Assembly: GCA_037134355.1 (NCBI GenBank)
Contig: JBAXMJ010000005.1
Span: 1-53,581 of the forward strand
Origin: a bacterium
Lineage (GTDB): Bacteria; Verrucomicrobiota; Kiritimatiellia; CAIKKV01; CAITUY01
DNA: 53,581 nt
Direction of reading: 5' to 3'
Shown: positions 8,711-17,973 of the stretch, one piece after another
Layout of the letters: each line of letters starts with the position of its first letter
How positions within the stretch are numbered: the first letter of the stretch is position 1
Notes under the pieces: generated by a model
The model's input: the letters and a program-made list of their open reading frames with translations, nothing else
Database searches by the model: none
Told to the model about the DNA's origin: nothing
Program-made: the position numbers and the translations under genes

Positions 8711-9872
8711 GGACCCGGCTTCCTTTCATCAATTCCCTGACCACGGCGGGAATCACGAGCAGGCCCTCGGCACGGGCGACCGCATGAATGTGGGCGGATC
8801 CATGATACTCCAGCGGCACCACAACGCCCGGTTCGGAGAACACAACCGGAATCGTCGTTTGCCGTTCCCCTTTCTTCACGGCTACATCGCACCCGAGTTC
8901 CGCCACCGACAGACGAGGAGTGTAGGTATGCCCCATCAGACCATACAGGAACGGCTTGAGCAACAGTTCGAACACGACATAGGTAGACACCGGGTTTCCG
9001 GGCATTCCACAGCAGAATCCACCACCCCCTACGCCAAAAATCGTGGGCTTGCCGGGCTGCATGGCCACGCTTCTGAATAACAGGGTGTAACCGGCTTCTT
9101 CCAGTACCTCGGGGACGAAGTCATAGGCGCCTGCCGAAACTCCGCCGGACAACAGGAGCAGGTCGCTCTCCGCCCCACCCTTGCGTGCGGCCTTCAGCAG
9201 ATCCTCGCGGCGGTCCCCCACGATCCCGTGATAGGTGGCAAGCGCCCCCATGGCGTGAATCTGTGCGGACAATTGGTAACTGTTTGTATTGCGGATCCCC
9301 GCCGGTGGCGGTTGCTGCCAGGGCTCCACCAGTTCATCCCCGGTGGCGATCAAGGCGACCCTAGGCCGGCGGTAGACCAGAACCCCGGGTTGACCGATGG
9401 CGGCACATAGGACCCCCATCCGGGCCGGCGATAAAATGACACCCCGCTCCAGAACCTTGTCGCCAACCCTCACGTCCTCGCCTTTCGGGCAGATGTTGGA
9501 TGAGGATCGCGAACCGGTGAAGCGAATCCGATCCGTGCCGGTCGATTCTGTCTCTTCCACCATGATGACGATGTCGGCGCCAACCGGGACGGGGGCACCG
9601 GTCATGATCCGGGCACACTCGCCGGGACCGATGCATTTTTGAGGCAGGTGTCCGGCTGGGATTTCCTCGATAATCTTGAGGCTCAGCCCCAGATCCTGCC
9701 GCCGGCAGGCGAACCCGTCCATGGCCGACTTATCAAAGGGCGGCATATCCACGTCGCACACCACGTCCTGAGCGAGCACACGCCCGGCGGATTCCTGCAA
9801 GGGCACCGTTTCGGTACCGAGTACCCGCACCGAAGAGGTGATGATTTCATAGGCTTTATCAAAAGAGATCAT
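8694..9872 (-). CDS. moeA: Molybdopterin molybdotransferase MoeA
   Basis: PPFDKSAMDGFA, IMTGAPVP.GAD, TGDEL, SGGVSAG.YD, QPGKP, PGNPVS. Confidence 0.96.
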   Translation of the reverse strand: MISFDKAYEIITSSVRVLGTETVPLQESAGRVLAQDVVCDVDMPPFDKSAMDGFACRRQDLGLSLKIIEEIPAGHLPQKCIGPGECARIMTGAPVPVGADIVIMVEETESTGTDRIRFTGSRSSSNICPKGEDVRVGDKVLERGVILSPARMGVLCAAIGQPGVLVYRRPRVALIATGDELVEPWQQPPPAGIRNTNSYQLSAQIHAMGALATYHGIVGDRREDLLKAARKGGAESDLLLLSGGVSAGAYDFVPEVLEEAGYTLLFRSVAMQPGKPTIFGVGGGGFCCGMPGNPVSTYVVFELLLKPFLYGLMGHTYTPRLSVAELGCDVAVKKGERQTTIPVVFSEPGVVVPLEYHGSAHIHAVARAEGLLVIPAVVRELMKGSRVHVRPI

Positions 9873-11008
9873 AGCGGGCTCCCTCCGGTGGCGTTCGCCG
9901 TCACGGCGCCATGATAGTCTTCCGGGGTATTCAAGTTCCGATACCAGTCGGACTCCGGCATAGTGACGGTCTTAACTTTGACAAGTTCGAAGAGGTCGGA
10001 CATCCGGCGCCCGCCACGCAACAACACCTGTTCAGCACTCGCGCACACCGACTTCCGGTAAACAGCAAGGAGGGGCTCGGGTCTCCTATCGAGTGAGTGC
10101 GGCATCACAATATCATACCCTTCGGCAGCCTGGATCATCCTCATCAGGAAGTGGGGATCCAAGGTGGGAATATCGCAGGCTGTGACAAAATTCAAGTCAT
10201 GGCGGGATTCCGCGAGGCAGGACAGCAAGCCCATCAGGGGCCCCATCCCGGGCTCGCGGTCGGGAACCACGCGGCGCTGGAGAAAAGCGAACTTGGCCGG
10301 GTCATTCGCGCCGATGAACACGTCATCAAACCAGGGCTCTAATTGCCGGACGATATGCTCAATCATGGGGCGACCTGCCACGGGCAGGAAATTCTTATCC
10401 TGTCCCATCCGGCGACTCTGGCCCCCGGCGAGGACAATTGCCGCGGCATCCTGTCTGATATGCCAGCACCCGGCGGAAAAGGTGATTCGATCTGGGGACA
10501 GGTCCCAACCCGTGCCATCAAAGTCGAGGATACGATCCGCTACGTCCATGACGCGCTGGCAGGATTCCTTGATCCGGGCGTTGCCTTTTTCGCGGAGTAC
10601 CAGGAACGCGGCCGGGGTAAGCACGCGACGGGCGGAATTGGATTCCCAGATGGCTGGCTGGCCGTCGGGAATCAGCTTAAGGGTAGCTTCGATCCCTTCG
10701 GCAAGGTGCGCATCTCGCACCCTCAGCCAGAACACTTTTGAGGCGCCCGCTTCCAGAAGACGGGTGGTGTCCTTGTTCGGCGGCCCGTCATGAACTTGCG
10801 CGAGGTCGTATCGCCCGTGAAAATCACCGCAGACGCCACACCCAACCTCCCCGCGCGGACAGGCTCCGCCGCTCTCTTCCTTGATGGTGGTGACCTTGAC
10901 GGCAACCAGGGATTGGGTCGATGCATAGCGACGTATCAGGTCACAAGCCAGCAAAGTTTTTCCGGCGTTGCGACCAGCCGAGCCAATCATCAGGATATCC
11001 GGGCGCAT
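9869..11008 (-). CDS. mobA: P-loop (MobB-like) domain fused to Moco guanylyltransferase MobA (start at 11008 preferred)
   Basis: N-terminal IGSAGRNAGKT; C-terminal LAGGQSRRMGQDK, GPLMG, ACDIP, EPLLAVY, NLNTPED. Confidence 0.85.
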   Translation of the reverse strand: MRPDILMIGSAGRNAGKTLLACDLIRRYASTQSLVAVKVTTIKEESGGACPRGEVGCGVCGDFHGRYDLAQVHDGPPNKDTTRLLEAGASKVFWLRVRDAHLAEGIEATLKLIPDGQPAIWESNSARRVLTPAAFLVLREKGNARIKESCQRVMDVADRILDFDGTGWDLSPDRITFSAGCWHIRQDAAAIVLAGGQSRRMGQDKNFLPVAGRPMIEHIVRQLEPWFDDVFIGANDPAKFAFLQRRVVPDREPGMGPLMGLLSCLAESRHDLNFVTACDIPTLDPHFLMRMIQAAEGYDIVMPHSLDRRPEPLLAVYRKSVCASAEQVLLRGGRRMSDLFELVKVKTVTMPESDWYRNLNTPEDYHGAVTANATGGSPL

Positions 11009-11027
11009 GATCACACGGCATGATACC

Positions 11028-11213
11028 CTAAAAGCATCCCAGTTGGCACTGCCGTATCTTGATGTTTTCCTTGTCACACAGTGCACCCACCCGTTTGGGT
11101 GTCACCTTGAGCTTTTCAGCAATCTGCAAGGCTTTTTTGCAGGAAAGAATCGGCTTTCCGTTCCGATTCACCACAGCCTTCAACACTTCGCTTTTGAGGA
11201 GATTTGTTTTCAT
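11028..11213 (-). CDS. Small Cys-containing hypothetical protein
   Basis: 61 aa, LSCKKA..IA......VG.LCD...IKIRQCQLGCF; packed tightly in the operon. Confidence 0.8.
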   Translation of the reverse strand: MKTNLLKSEVLKAVVNRNGKPILSCKKALQIAEKLKVTPKRVGALCDKENIKIRQCQLGCF

Positions 11214-11215
11214 GA

Positions 11216-11674
11216 TCAGAACACCTCGGGGTAACCGATATCAAGGAACAAGTCCTCGAGCGTGCTTTTGTGTCCGAGTTCCATGTTTACCAGGTTTTCA
11301 AAAAGGGTCAGCATATCAGGATCGGATGTGAATCCGGCCATGCTCCGGTAGAGGAACGCTGCCTGCTGTTCGTTTTTCATGGCCAGAGCAACGGCATCAC
11401 GTAGCGGCATGTCGGGCTTGAACTCCGGCAGCGGCTCGGACTCGGCGACGTGGTAATCGGCCATCGGCTTGAACTTGGCCTGCGTCAGGGGGCCCGTCTT
11501 CAGGGTTGATAGAAGGGCCTTGTGCTTCAATTCCTCTTTGGCAAGCGACTCGAAAATTTCCTTTACCGCTGGACTTTTCACCCGCCCGGCAAGGGCTGTG
11601 TAGAGTTTGTTCGCGGCAGTTTCCCGGCTGATGGCCAGGTCGAATATGGTATCGAGAGTGTGTTTTTCGCTCAT
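11216..11674 (-). CDS. Ferritin-like / rubrerythrin-family diiron protein
   Basis: Duplicated E...Y...ExxH helical motifs (EELKH, MELGH). Confidence 0.88.
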   Translation of the reverse strand: MSEKHTLDTIFDLAISRETAANKLYTALAGRVKSPAVKEIFESLAKEELKHKALLSTLKTGPLTQAKFKPMADYHVAESEPLPEFKPDMPLRDAVALAMKNEQQAAFLYRSMAGFTSDPDMLTLFENLVNMELGHKSTLEDLFLDIGYPEVF

Positions 11675-14403
11675 TAGGGCCTCGCTTGTCGTTGTACGGT
11701 TTGAATAAAGGGCACTCCGTCGGACACTTTTTCCACCTTAATCGCACACGCCTTGTATTCGGGCGTCTCGGTGACGTTGTCGTAGGCGCTATTGGTCAGC
11801 ACATTCGCATGGGCCTCATGGAAGTGGAAGGCGCACCAACAGACACCCTCGGGCGAACGGTCGGTCACCCACGCCTTGAGCGTGATGGTTCCGCGACGGC
11901 TTGTGGCCTTAACCACATCGTGGGTCTTAATCCCCATCCGCGCTGCATCCACCGGGCTGATTTCAAGTAACTCCTCGGGGAAAATGGTTTCAAGTCCGAC
12001 CGAGTTCCGGGTCTGCGTCCCGGTATGATAATGCCACAACCGTCGCCCCGTACTCAGCATGAAGGGATATTCGGCATCGGGCACTTCGGCAGGCGGCCGG
12101 TTATCGGTCCTGCAGAATAAGCCCTTGCCCCGCGTGAATTTTCCGTGCAAGTGAAGGATCGGCGTTCCCGGGTGATCCGTTGTCGGGCACGGCCATTGAA
12201 GCCCGAGCTCCTCAATACGTTCATAGGTGATTCCGGCCATGCTGGTGGCGGTCCTGCGCATATCCTCCCAGGTCGCCTCGGCCGAGGTGAAGCGCAGGTC
12301 AACGCCCATCCGCTTGCCCAGTTCCTGCATGATCCACCAGGTGGGTTTGGCCTGACCGGGCGGATTGACGGCCTTGCGAAGGCGTTGCACCCGGCGCTCC
12401 ATGTTGGAGTAGCAGCCGTCATCCTCGTTGAAACACACGTCCGGGAGCACGACATCAGCCATCTCGGTGGTCAGATTCGGGAAGATATCCACCACCACGA
12501 AAAATTCCAGTGCCTTGATCTCCTTGATGGTTTTATTCATGTCCGGCTCGGTTTGGACCGTATTGTCGCCCACGCAGAACAGAATCTTGGTCTCGCCGGT
12601 CGTCGCCTTGTGCATCATGGTGGGAATCTTGTACCCCGGCTTGATCGGAAGCCCGCTTACGCCCCAGCACTGGGCCATCTTCGCGGCCACCTTCGGGTCT
12701 TCCACCGGCTGATACGTATGATACACATTGGGCAACGCGCCCATATCGCAGGCTCCCTGCACGTTATTCTGCCCGCGTAACGGGTTCACGCCGCCACCAC
12801 GCTTACCCAGGTGGCCCAACACCATCTGCAGGTTGGCGATGGTCTTCACGTTGTCGGTGCCGCAGGTGTGCTCCGTGATGCCGAGACAGTAGATGATATT
12901 GACGTTCTTCGCCGTGCCCAGGATCCGGGCGATGGTCTTCATGGTGTCAACGGGAACGCCGCAAATCTCTGAGGCCTTTTCGACCGGATACGGCTTGACC
13001 CACTCCCGAATATCATCGGGATTCTCAGTATTGGCGCGCATAAACGCCTCGTTCTGCCATCCGTTTTTGAAAATCTCATTAATAATGCCGTTCAGAAAGA
13101 CCACATCCGTGCCTACACGCTGCTGCGCATAGAGCGAAGCCCAGCGCACCAGGTCGATTTTCCGGGGATCCACCACAATCAGGGTGGCGCCATTCTTGGC
13201 GGCACGCTTGACATAATACGAAACGACCGGGTGCGCTTCCGTCATGTTGGAGCCAATTACAAAGAGGACATCGGCTTCCAGAATATCGGCAATGGAATTG
13301 GTCGCCGCACCGCTGCCAAAGGCGGCGGCAAGACCCGCTACCGTGGGGGCATGGCAGGTGCGGGCGCAATGATCCACGTTATTGGTCTTGATGACCGCCC
13401 GGGTGAATTTCGCCACGGCGTAATTGTTCTCGTTTGTGATACGCCCGGACCCCAGGGCGGAAAAGACATCGGGGCCGTGCTTGTCGACAATGGCCTTGAT
13501 GCGCCCGGCGGTGTAATCAAGCGCCTCGTCCCAGCTTACCGGAACCAGTTTGCCATCCTTCCGGACCAGAGGGTGGGTCAGGCGTTTGGGGCTGGCGTGG
13601 AACTCAAAGCCGTACCGGCCCTTTACGCAGAGCATTCCGTTGTTGGGCGCGATGTCCCGGCCCGTGACGCGAACCACACGGTTACTGGCGCGGTCCACAT
13701 GCAGGGTGATCTGGCACCCTACTCCACAATACGGACAGGTGGTGTTTACTTTGTCGAGCTGCCAGCTGCGGCCTTTGCCCACGGTCTTCTTATCAACCAG
13801 GGCACCGGTGGGGCACAATTGGACGCACTCGCCACACTGCACACAACTCGACTTGCCCATGGGAAGATCGTCGTCGCAGATGACCTTGGTGTCGTGACCC
13901 CTGAATCCAAAATCCAGCACCTCATTGCAAACGACCTGCGTGCACCCGGCAATACAGCGGCCACACTTGATACATTTCGCGTTGTCACGGGTGACGAACT
14001 CAGCGCTATCGTCAATGTCTACTGCAGGTTCCACAGTAAACGAAGGTCGTTCAATACCCAGTTCATAGGCGGCATTCTGCAGTTCGCAATCGCTGTTTTT
14101 CTCGCAGGCGAGGCAATCATGCCGACCCGAGGCCAGCAGCAGGTCAACGACCAGACGCCGGGCAGAGCGGATGGCATCGGAATCAGTCTTTACGACGAGG
14201 CCGTCCTTTACTTCAACCGTGCAGGACGTCTGCAGGCCACGCATGCCTTCCACCTCAACGAGGCAGAGTCGGCACTTTCCGGCGGGGCCGGTATGGGCGT
14301 GGTAGCACAAGGTGGGGATGTGGATGCCGTGTTGACGCGCCGCCTGAAGGAGGGTCTGGCCCGTCTGCACCTCAAGAATCCGGCCATTCATGGTAATCTT
14401 CAT
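11674..14403 (-). CDS. fdhA: Formate dehydrogenase alpha subunit (Mo/W-bis-PGD, Cys-type) with NuoG-like N-terminal FeS domains; true start 14403
   Basis: IPTLC..CRLC, H.CLACE...CELQ, two CxxCxxC, TTCPYCGVGC, CVKGR, DHCARTCHAPT (TGC = Cys), LRGQNNVQGACDMG, PEYKACA. ATGA overlap with the upstream gene. Confidence 0.95.
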   Translation of the reverse strand: MKITMNGRILEVQTGQTLLQAARQHGIHIPTLCYHAHTGPAGKCRLCLVEVEGMRGLQTSCTVEVKDGLVVKTDSDAIRSARRLVVDLLLASGRHDCLACEKNSDCELQNAAYELGIERPSFTVEPAVDIDDSAEFVTRDNAKCIKCGRCIAGCTQVVCNEVLDFGFRGHDTKVICDDDLPMGKSSCVQCGECVQLCPTGALVDKKTVGKGRSWQLDKVNTTCPYCGVGCQITLHVDRASNRVVRVTGRDIAPNNGMLCVKGRYGFEFHASPKRLTHPLVRKDGKLVPVSWDEALDYTAGRIKAIVDKHGPDVFSALGSGRITNENNYAVAKFTRAVIKTNNVDHCARTCHAPTVAGLAAAFGSGAATNSIADILEADVLFVIGSNMTEAHPVVSYYVKRAAKNGATLIVVDPRKIDLVRWASLYAQQRVGTDVVFLNGIINEIFKNGWQNEAFMRANTENPDDIREWVKPYPVEKASEICGVPVDTMKTIARILGTAKNVNIIYCLGITEHTCGTDNVKTIANLQMVLGHLGKRGGGVNPLRGQNNVQGACDMGALPNVYHTYQPVEDPKVAAKMAQCWGVSGLPIKPGYKIPTMMHKATTGETKILFCVGDNTVQTEPDMNKTIKEIKALEFFVVVDIFPNLTTEMADVVLPDVCFNEDDGCYSNMERRVQRLRKAVNPPGQAKPTWWIMQELGKRMGVDLRFTSAEATWEDMRRTATSMAGITYERIEELGLQWPCPTTDHPGTPILHLHGKFTRGKGLFCRTDNRPPAEVPDAEYPFMLSTGRRLWHYHTGTQTRNSVGLETIFPEELLEISPVDAARMGIKTHDVVKATSRRGTITLKAWVTDRSPEGVCWCAFHFHEAHANVLTNSAYDNVTETPEYKACAIKVEKVSDGVPFIQTVQRQARP

Positions 14404-16268
14404 TTTGTTTTTCCGTTCCGGCGCACGGCCTTGAACTTGCACACGTTGTAGCAGGTCCCGCAACGGGTGCAGACTTTCTGATCGATGACATGGATTCCCT
14501 TGGCCACACCGGCAATGCAGGCCACCGGGCAGCGGCGGGCGCACGCGGTGCACCCCACGCAGGCCTCGGCGTCGATGTCGTAGGTCACCAGCTTGGTGCA
14601 TTTCCCTGCAGGGCATTTCTTATCCAGGATATGAGCTTTATACTCATCCATAAAATGGCGGAGAGTTGACAGAACAGGATTGGCGGCAGTTTGTCCCAGT
14701 CCGCACAGGGAAGTACTCTTGATTGAATTGCCCAGCGTGGAGAGGCGTTCCAGATCGGCCATTTCCCCCTGCCCGTTGCAAATGCGGGTGAGAATTTCCA
14801 ACATGCGCCGGGTTCCCTCACGGCAGGGAACACATTTACCGCAGGATTCCTCCCGAACGAAATCTACGAAAAACCGAGCCACATCCACCATGCAGGCATC
14901 CTCGTCAATCACGATGAGTCCACCTGATCCCATGATGGCGCCGAGTTCATTGAGCGATTCGTAATCCAGAGGGACTTTCAGGTATTCGGCAGGAATACAC
15001 CCGCCTGAGGGCCCGCCAATCTGCGCCGCCTTGAAGGACTTGCCATCCTTGATTCCGCCGGCGATATCAAAGACCACGTCGTTCAGCGGGGTTCCAACCG
15101 GGACCTCCACCAATCCCGAGATGTTGACTGCCCCGGCCAGGGCAAACACCTTGGTTCCCTTGCTTTTGGCTGTGCCGTAAGACGCAAAGGCGTCGCCCCC
15201 GTTGAGGATGATGAAGGGAATATTGGCAAAGGTTTCCACATTGTTCAGGACAGTGGGCTTCTTCCATAGCCCCTTCTGGGCGGGGAACGGGGGGCGTGGC
15301 CGGGGTTCCCCTCGCCTGCCCTCGATCGAGGCCATCAGGGCGGTCTCCTCCCCGCACACGAAGGCGCCGGATCCCTTGCGGATTTCCAAGTCAAAGGCGT
15401 AACCGGACCCGAGAATATTCTGCCCTAGCAGTCCCGCCTCACGCGCCATTTCGATGGCACGCTGCAATCGTTCGACGGCGAGGGGATATTCAGCGCGAAC
15501 ATACACATACCCCTGAGAAGAACCGATGGCGAATCCGCCAATGAGCATCCCTTCAATCACACTGTGCGGATCACCTTCCAGGACGCTGCGATCCATGAAG
15601 GCGCCCGGATCCCCCTCGTCAGCGTTGCACAGCACGTACTTCACGTCGCCGGGGCTTTGGCGGGCTGCCGCCCACTTGATATGGGTGGGGAACCCCGCGC
15701 CGCCGCGGCCGCGAAGCCCTGATTTTTTGACCTCCTCGATGACGGCGTCAGGCGTCATCGAGGTGAGCATCTTAGACAGGGCCTGATAGCCATTACGACC
15801 GATGGTGTCGTCAAGACTGTTCGGATCAACAATCCCACAGTTACGCAGGACGATTTTGGTTTGCCGCTTGAAAAAGGGAATGTCGCTTTGAACCGGGACG
15901 GATTTCTGCTTGGGCCCTTCTTTCCACGTCAGGCGTTCAACAATCTCGCCCTTGAGGAGGTGTTTTTCGACGATCTCGGCAGCATCGGTCACGGCCACGT
16001 GCTGGTAATAGACATTGTCCCGGCCCATCAACAGAATCGGCCCACCTGAACAAGGCCCCATGCACCCCGTTTCAACAATGGATACGGTCTTGTCGAGTTT
16101 GTGTTTCTTGAGTTCCGCCAGCAGGGCCGTTTTGACGGCCATGGCGCCCGAGGCAATACAGCCTCCGCCAGCGCACATGAAAATTTTATCTTTCGTTTCG
16201 GTATTGATGCATGCGCGCCGGGCGTCTAGGTCGGCGGCTGTGGCGAGTACCTTGGGGGTCTTTTTCAT
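14400..16268 (-). CDS. HydB/HylB/NuoF-like NADH-FMN subunit with N-terminal thioredoxin-like [2Fe-2S] and C-terminal 2x[4Fe-4S] domains
   Basis: SGLRGRGGAGFP, NADEGDPGAFMDR, GAFVCGEETAL, GGPSGG, ESCGKC.PCREG, C-terminal CVGCTACARRCP and CTRCGTCYNVC. Confidence 0.95.
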   Translation of the reverse strand: MKKTPKVLATAADLDARRACINTETKDKIFMCAGGGCIASGAMAVKTALLAELKKHKLDKTVSIVETGCMGPCSGGPILLMGRDNVYYQHVAVTDAAEIVEKHLLKGEIVERLTWKEGPKQKSVPVQSDIPFFKRQTKIVLRNCGIVDPNSLDDTIGRNGYQALSKMLTSMTPDAVIEEVKKSGLRGRGGAGFPTHIKWAAARQSPGDVKYVLCNADEGDPGAFMDRSVLEGDPHSVIEGMLIGGFAIGSSQGYVYVRAEYPLAVERLQRAIEMAREAGLLGQNILGSGYAFDLEIRKGSGAFVCGEETALMASIEGRRGEPRPRPPFPAQKGLWKKPTVLNNVETFANIPFIILNGGDAFASYGTAKSKGTKVFALAGAVNISGLVEVPVGTPLNDVVFDIAGGIKDGKSFKAAQIGGPSGGCIPAEYLKVPLDYESLNELGAIMGSGGLIVIDEDACMVDVARFFVDFVREESCGKCVPCREGTRRMLEILTRICNGQGEMADLERLSTLGNSIKSTSLCGLGQTAANPVLSTLRHFMDEYKAHILDKKCPAGKCTKLVTYDIDAEACVGCTACARRCPVACIAGVAKGIHVIDQKVCTRCGTCYNVCKFKAVRRNGKTK

Positions 16269-16783
16269 GCCGTCGGTTTCCTGTACTGGGCCAGAATGTC
16301 CTTGATTTGCCCGGGTTGCACGAATTGGTGGACATCGTCATTAACCATCACAGCCGGGGCCAGTCCGCAGGCACCAAAGCAGCGCCCCACATCCAGCGAG
16401 AAAACGCGGTCGGGTGTCGTCTGGCCCACTGAAATTTTCAGTTCCTGCTCCAGAGCCGCGAGAACGGCCTGACCGCCACGCACATAACACGCTGTGCCCA
16501 TACACACCCTGATCACATATTTGCCGCGAGGGACTTGAGAGAAAAATGAATAGAAGGTGACCACGCCGAAGACCCGGCTATAGGGCTCATTCAGGCCTTC
16601 ACTGATCGTCCGCAAAACGTCCTTGGGCAGGTAGCCGAAGAGAGCCTGGGCGATCTGGAGCACGGGAATGAGCGCGCCCGGTTTGTGCTGATACTCCTCG
16701 ATCACCTGCGCGAGCCGCGCGTGGTTGTCGGCATCCGACGCCGCCATGCCTCCGCAGGTGCATTTTTTTTCAGTCTTAACCAT
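16265..16783 (-). CDS. HydC/HylC/NuoE-like [2Fe-2S] subunit
   Basis: VTFYSFF, VCMGTACYVRG, CFGACGLAP. Confidence 0.95.
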   Translation of the reverse strand: MVKTEKKCTCGGMAASDADNHARLAQVIEEYQHKPGALIPVLQIAQALFGYLPKDVLRTISEGLNEPYSRVFGVVTFYSFFSQVPRGKYVIRVCMGTACYVRGGQAVLAALEQELKISVGQTTPDRVFSLDVGRCFGACGLAPAVMVNDDVHQFVQPGQIKDILAQYRKPTA

Positions 16784-16856
16784 GACATTACCTCGCCGCT
16801 TTCTGAATCAGAAAAGAAGCCTCGCACACTACCACTATGTGGTATCCTCGTCAACT

Positions 16857-17903
16857 TCACGCCCCCTGGGCAAGAAAACAATCGCGCACATCCCGCAACA
16901 GAGCAAAAACGCGTCCGGCCTCAAGTGGGCTTAAACTCCCGGTGCCACACGACGGGGTAAGCATGGCGCGATCCAGTAGAAGTTCGCGCGAAAATCCTTT
17001 CCGGATCATCGCCTCGAAACATCCTTCAAGGCGTTGCACCAAAGTTTCCAGCGTCTCCTTGCCAAGCGCAGCGGTCGTCGGGATAATTCCCCAGGCAATG
17101 CTCCCTCCCCTGTCAAATAAAGCCCTGATATCGTCCGCATACAGGGAGATACTGGTGCCATACTGGTAGGCGTCAAAATTGATGACCTGGACACCACTGC
17201 GCACAATGACACCCCAGTCGCTGTTCCCGCAGACATGAATGGCCGTGATGCCCCCTGCCCCGGTAATCGCCTCAAATACTTCACCCAACATCGCCTGAAC
17301 CTCCGGCTCGGAGAGGTAGATGTACGTACTGCTGCCAAATGCCGAGAGTACAGGCTCATCGACGAACATGAGTACACGGTCTGAGGCGAAGGGCTTGAGG
17401 CGACCGATCTGCCATTGCACCTTGCGCACTATCGTCTTCACGACCGCGTCACGCAGGTCGGGATCCGCGAAAAGCGGATTGTCCTGCTCATCATAAATGC
17501 TGGTGCATAAGGTAACCGGGCCTGTGGTTTGCCCCTTAACCACGGGCCATTGCTTTCCGTGAGCCATGCGCTCAAAGGCATACAATCCGGAAGCGATGTC
17601 CTGTGACAGGGCAAAGTGCGAGGGATCCTCCTCCATGAACCGATGATAAAACGCCTCGACTTCCTCCATTCTCCCGGTCATGTCCAGAAAGATCTTTTTA
17701 CGATCGGCATCAATCCGGACACACGGCAAGCCCTTGCTGTCCTGGGGAATCATTTCCTCTCCAAAACACCGTTTGGGTATCTGAGGCCAGAATGGAATAC
17801 TTAAATCCGCCCCAAGCAGGAACGAAACAGCCTCCTTGCTGTCTGTGAAGGGCACGCTACCAATGCCTGTTGTGGACAGGCGTGGACTAAAGTCAAAATC
17901 CAT
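16857..17903 (-). CDS. Core (single-barrel) cobalamin-independent methionine synthase-like protein (MesB-like)
   Basis: TGIGS.P, PFWPQ.P, KGQ.TGP.T, FVDEP; Zn-ligand motifs IHVCG and LTPSCG.G. Confidence 0.75.
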   Translation of the reverse strand: MDFDFSPRLSTTGIGSVPFTDSKEAVSFLLGADLSIPFWPQIPKRCFGEEMIPQDSKGLPCVRIDADRKKIFLDMTGRMEEVEAFYHRFMEEDPSHFALSQDIASGLYAFERMAHGKQWPVVKGQTTGPVTLCTSIYDEQDNPLFADPDLRDAVVKTIVRKVQWQIGRLKPFASDRVLMFVDEPVLSAFGSSTYIYLSEPEVQAMLGEVFEAITGAGGITAIHVCGNSDWGVIVRSGVQVINFDAYQYGTSISLYADDIRALFDRGGSIAWGIIPTTAALGKETLETLVQRLEGCFEAMIRKGFSRELLLDRAMLTPSCGTGSLSPLEAGRVFALLRDVRDCFLAQGA

Positions 17904-17973
17904 AAATAGATCCTTTTTTGATATTCAGAACAATATCTATCGAGCCCTTATTTTTCAAACTATTCATACAGAT

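Noticed and set aside
13340-13380. Selenocysteine in the FDH active site
   Set aside because: The codon is TGC (CARTCH) and the ORF has no in-frame TGA.
14404-14616. N-terminal extensions in the ORF track for fdhA, and likewise hemA, mobA, nuoJ, echD, echF, pfkB and the ATP-cone kinase
   Set aside because: They overlap upstream genes or promoters. Downstream starts with stop/start overlaps, an RBS or domain boundaries fit better.
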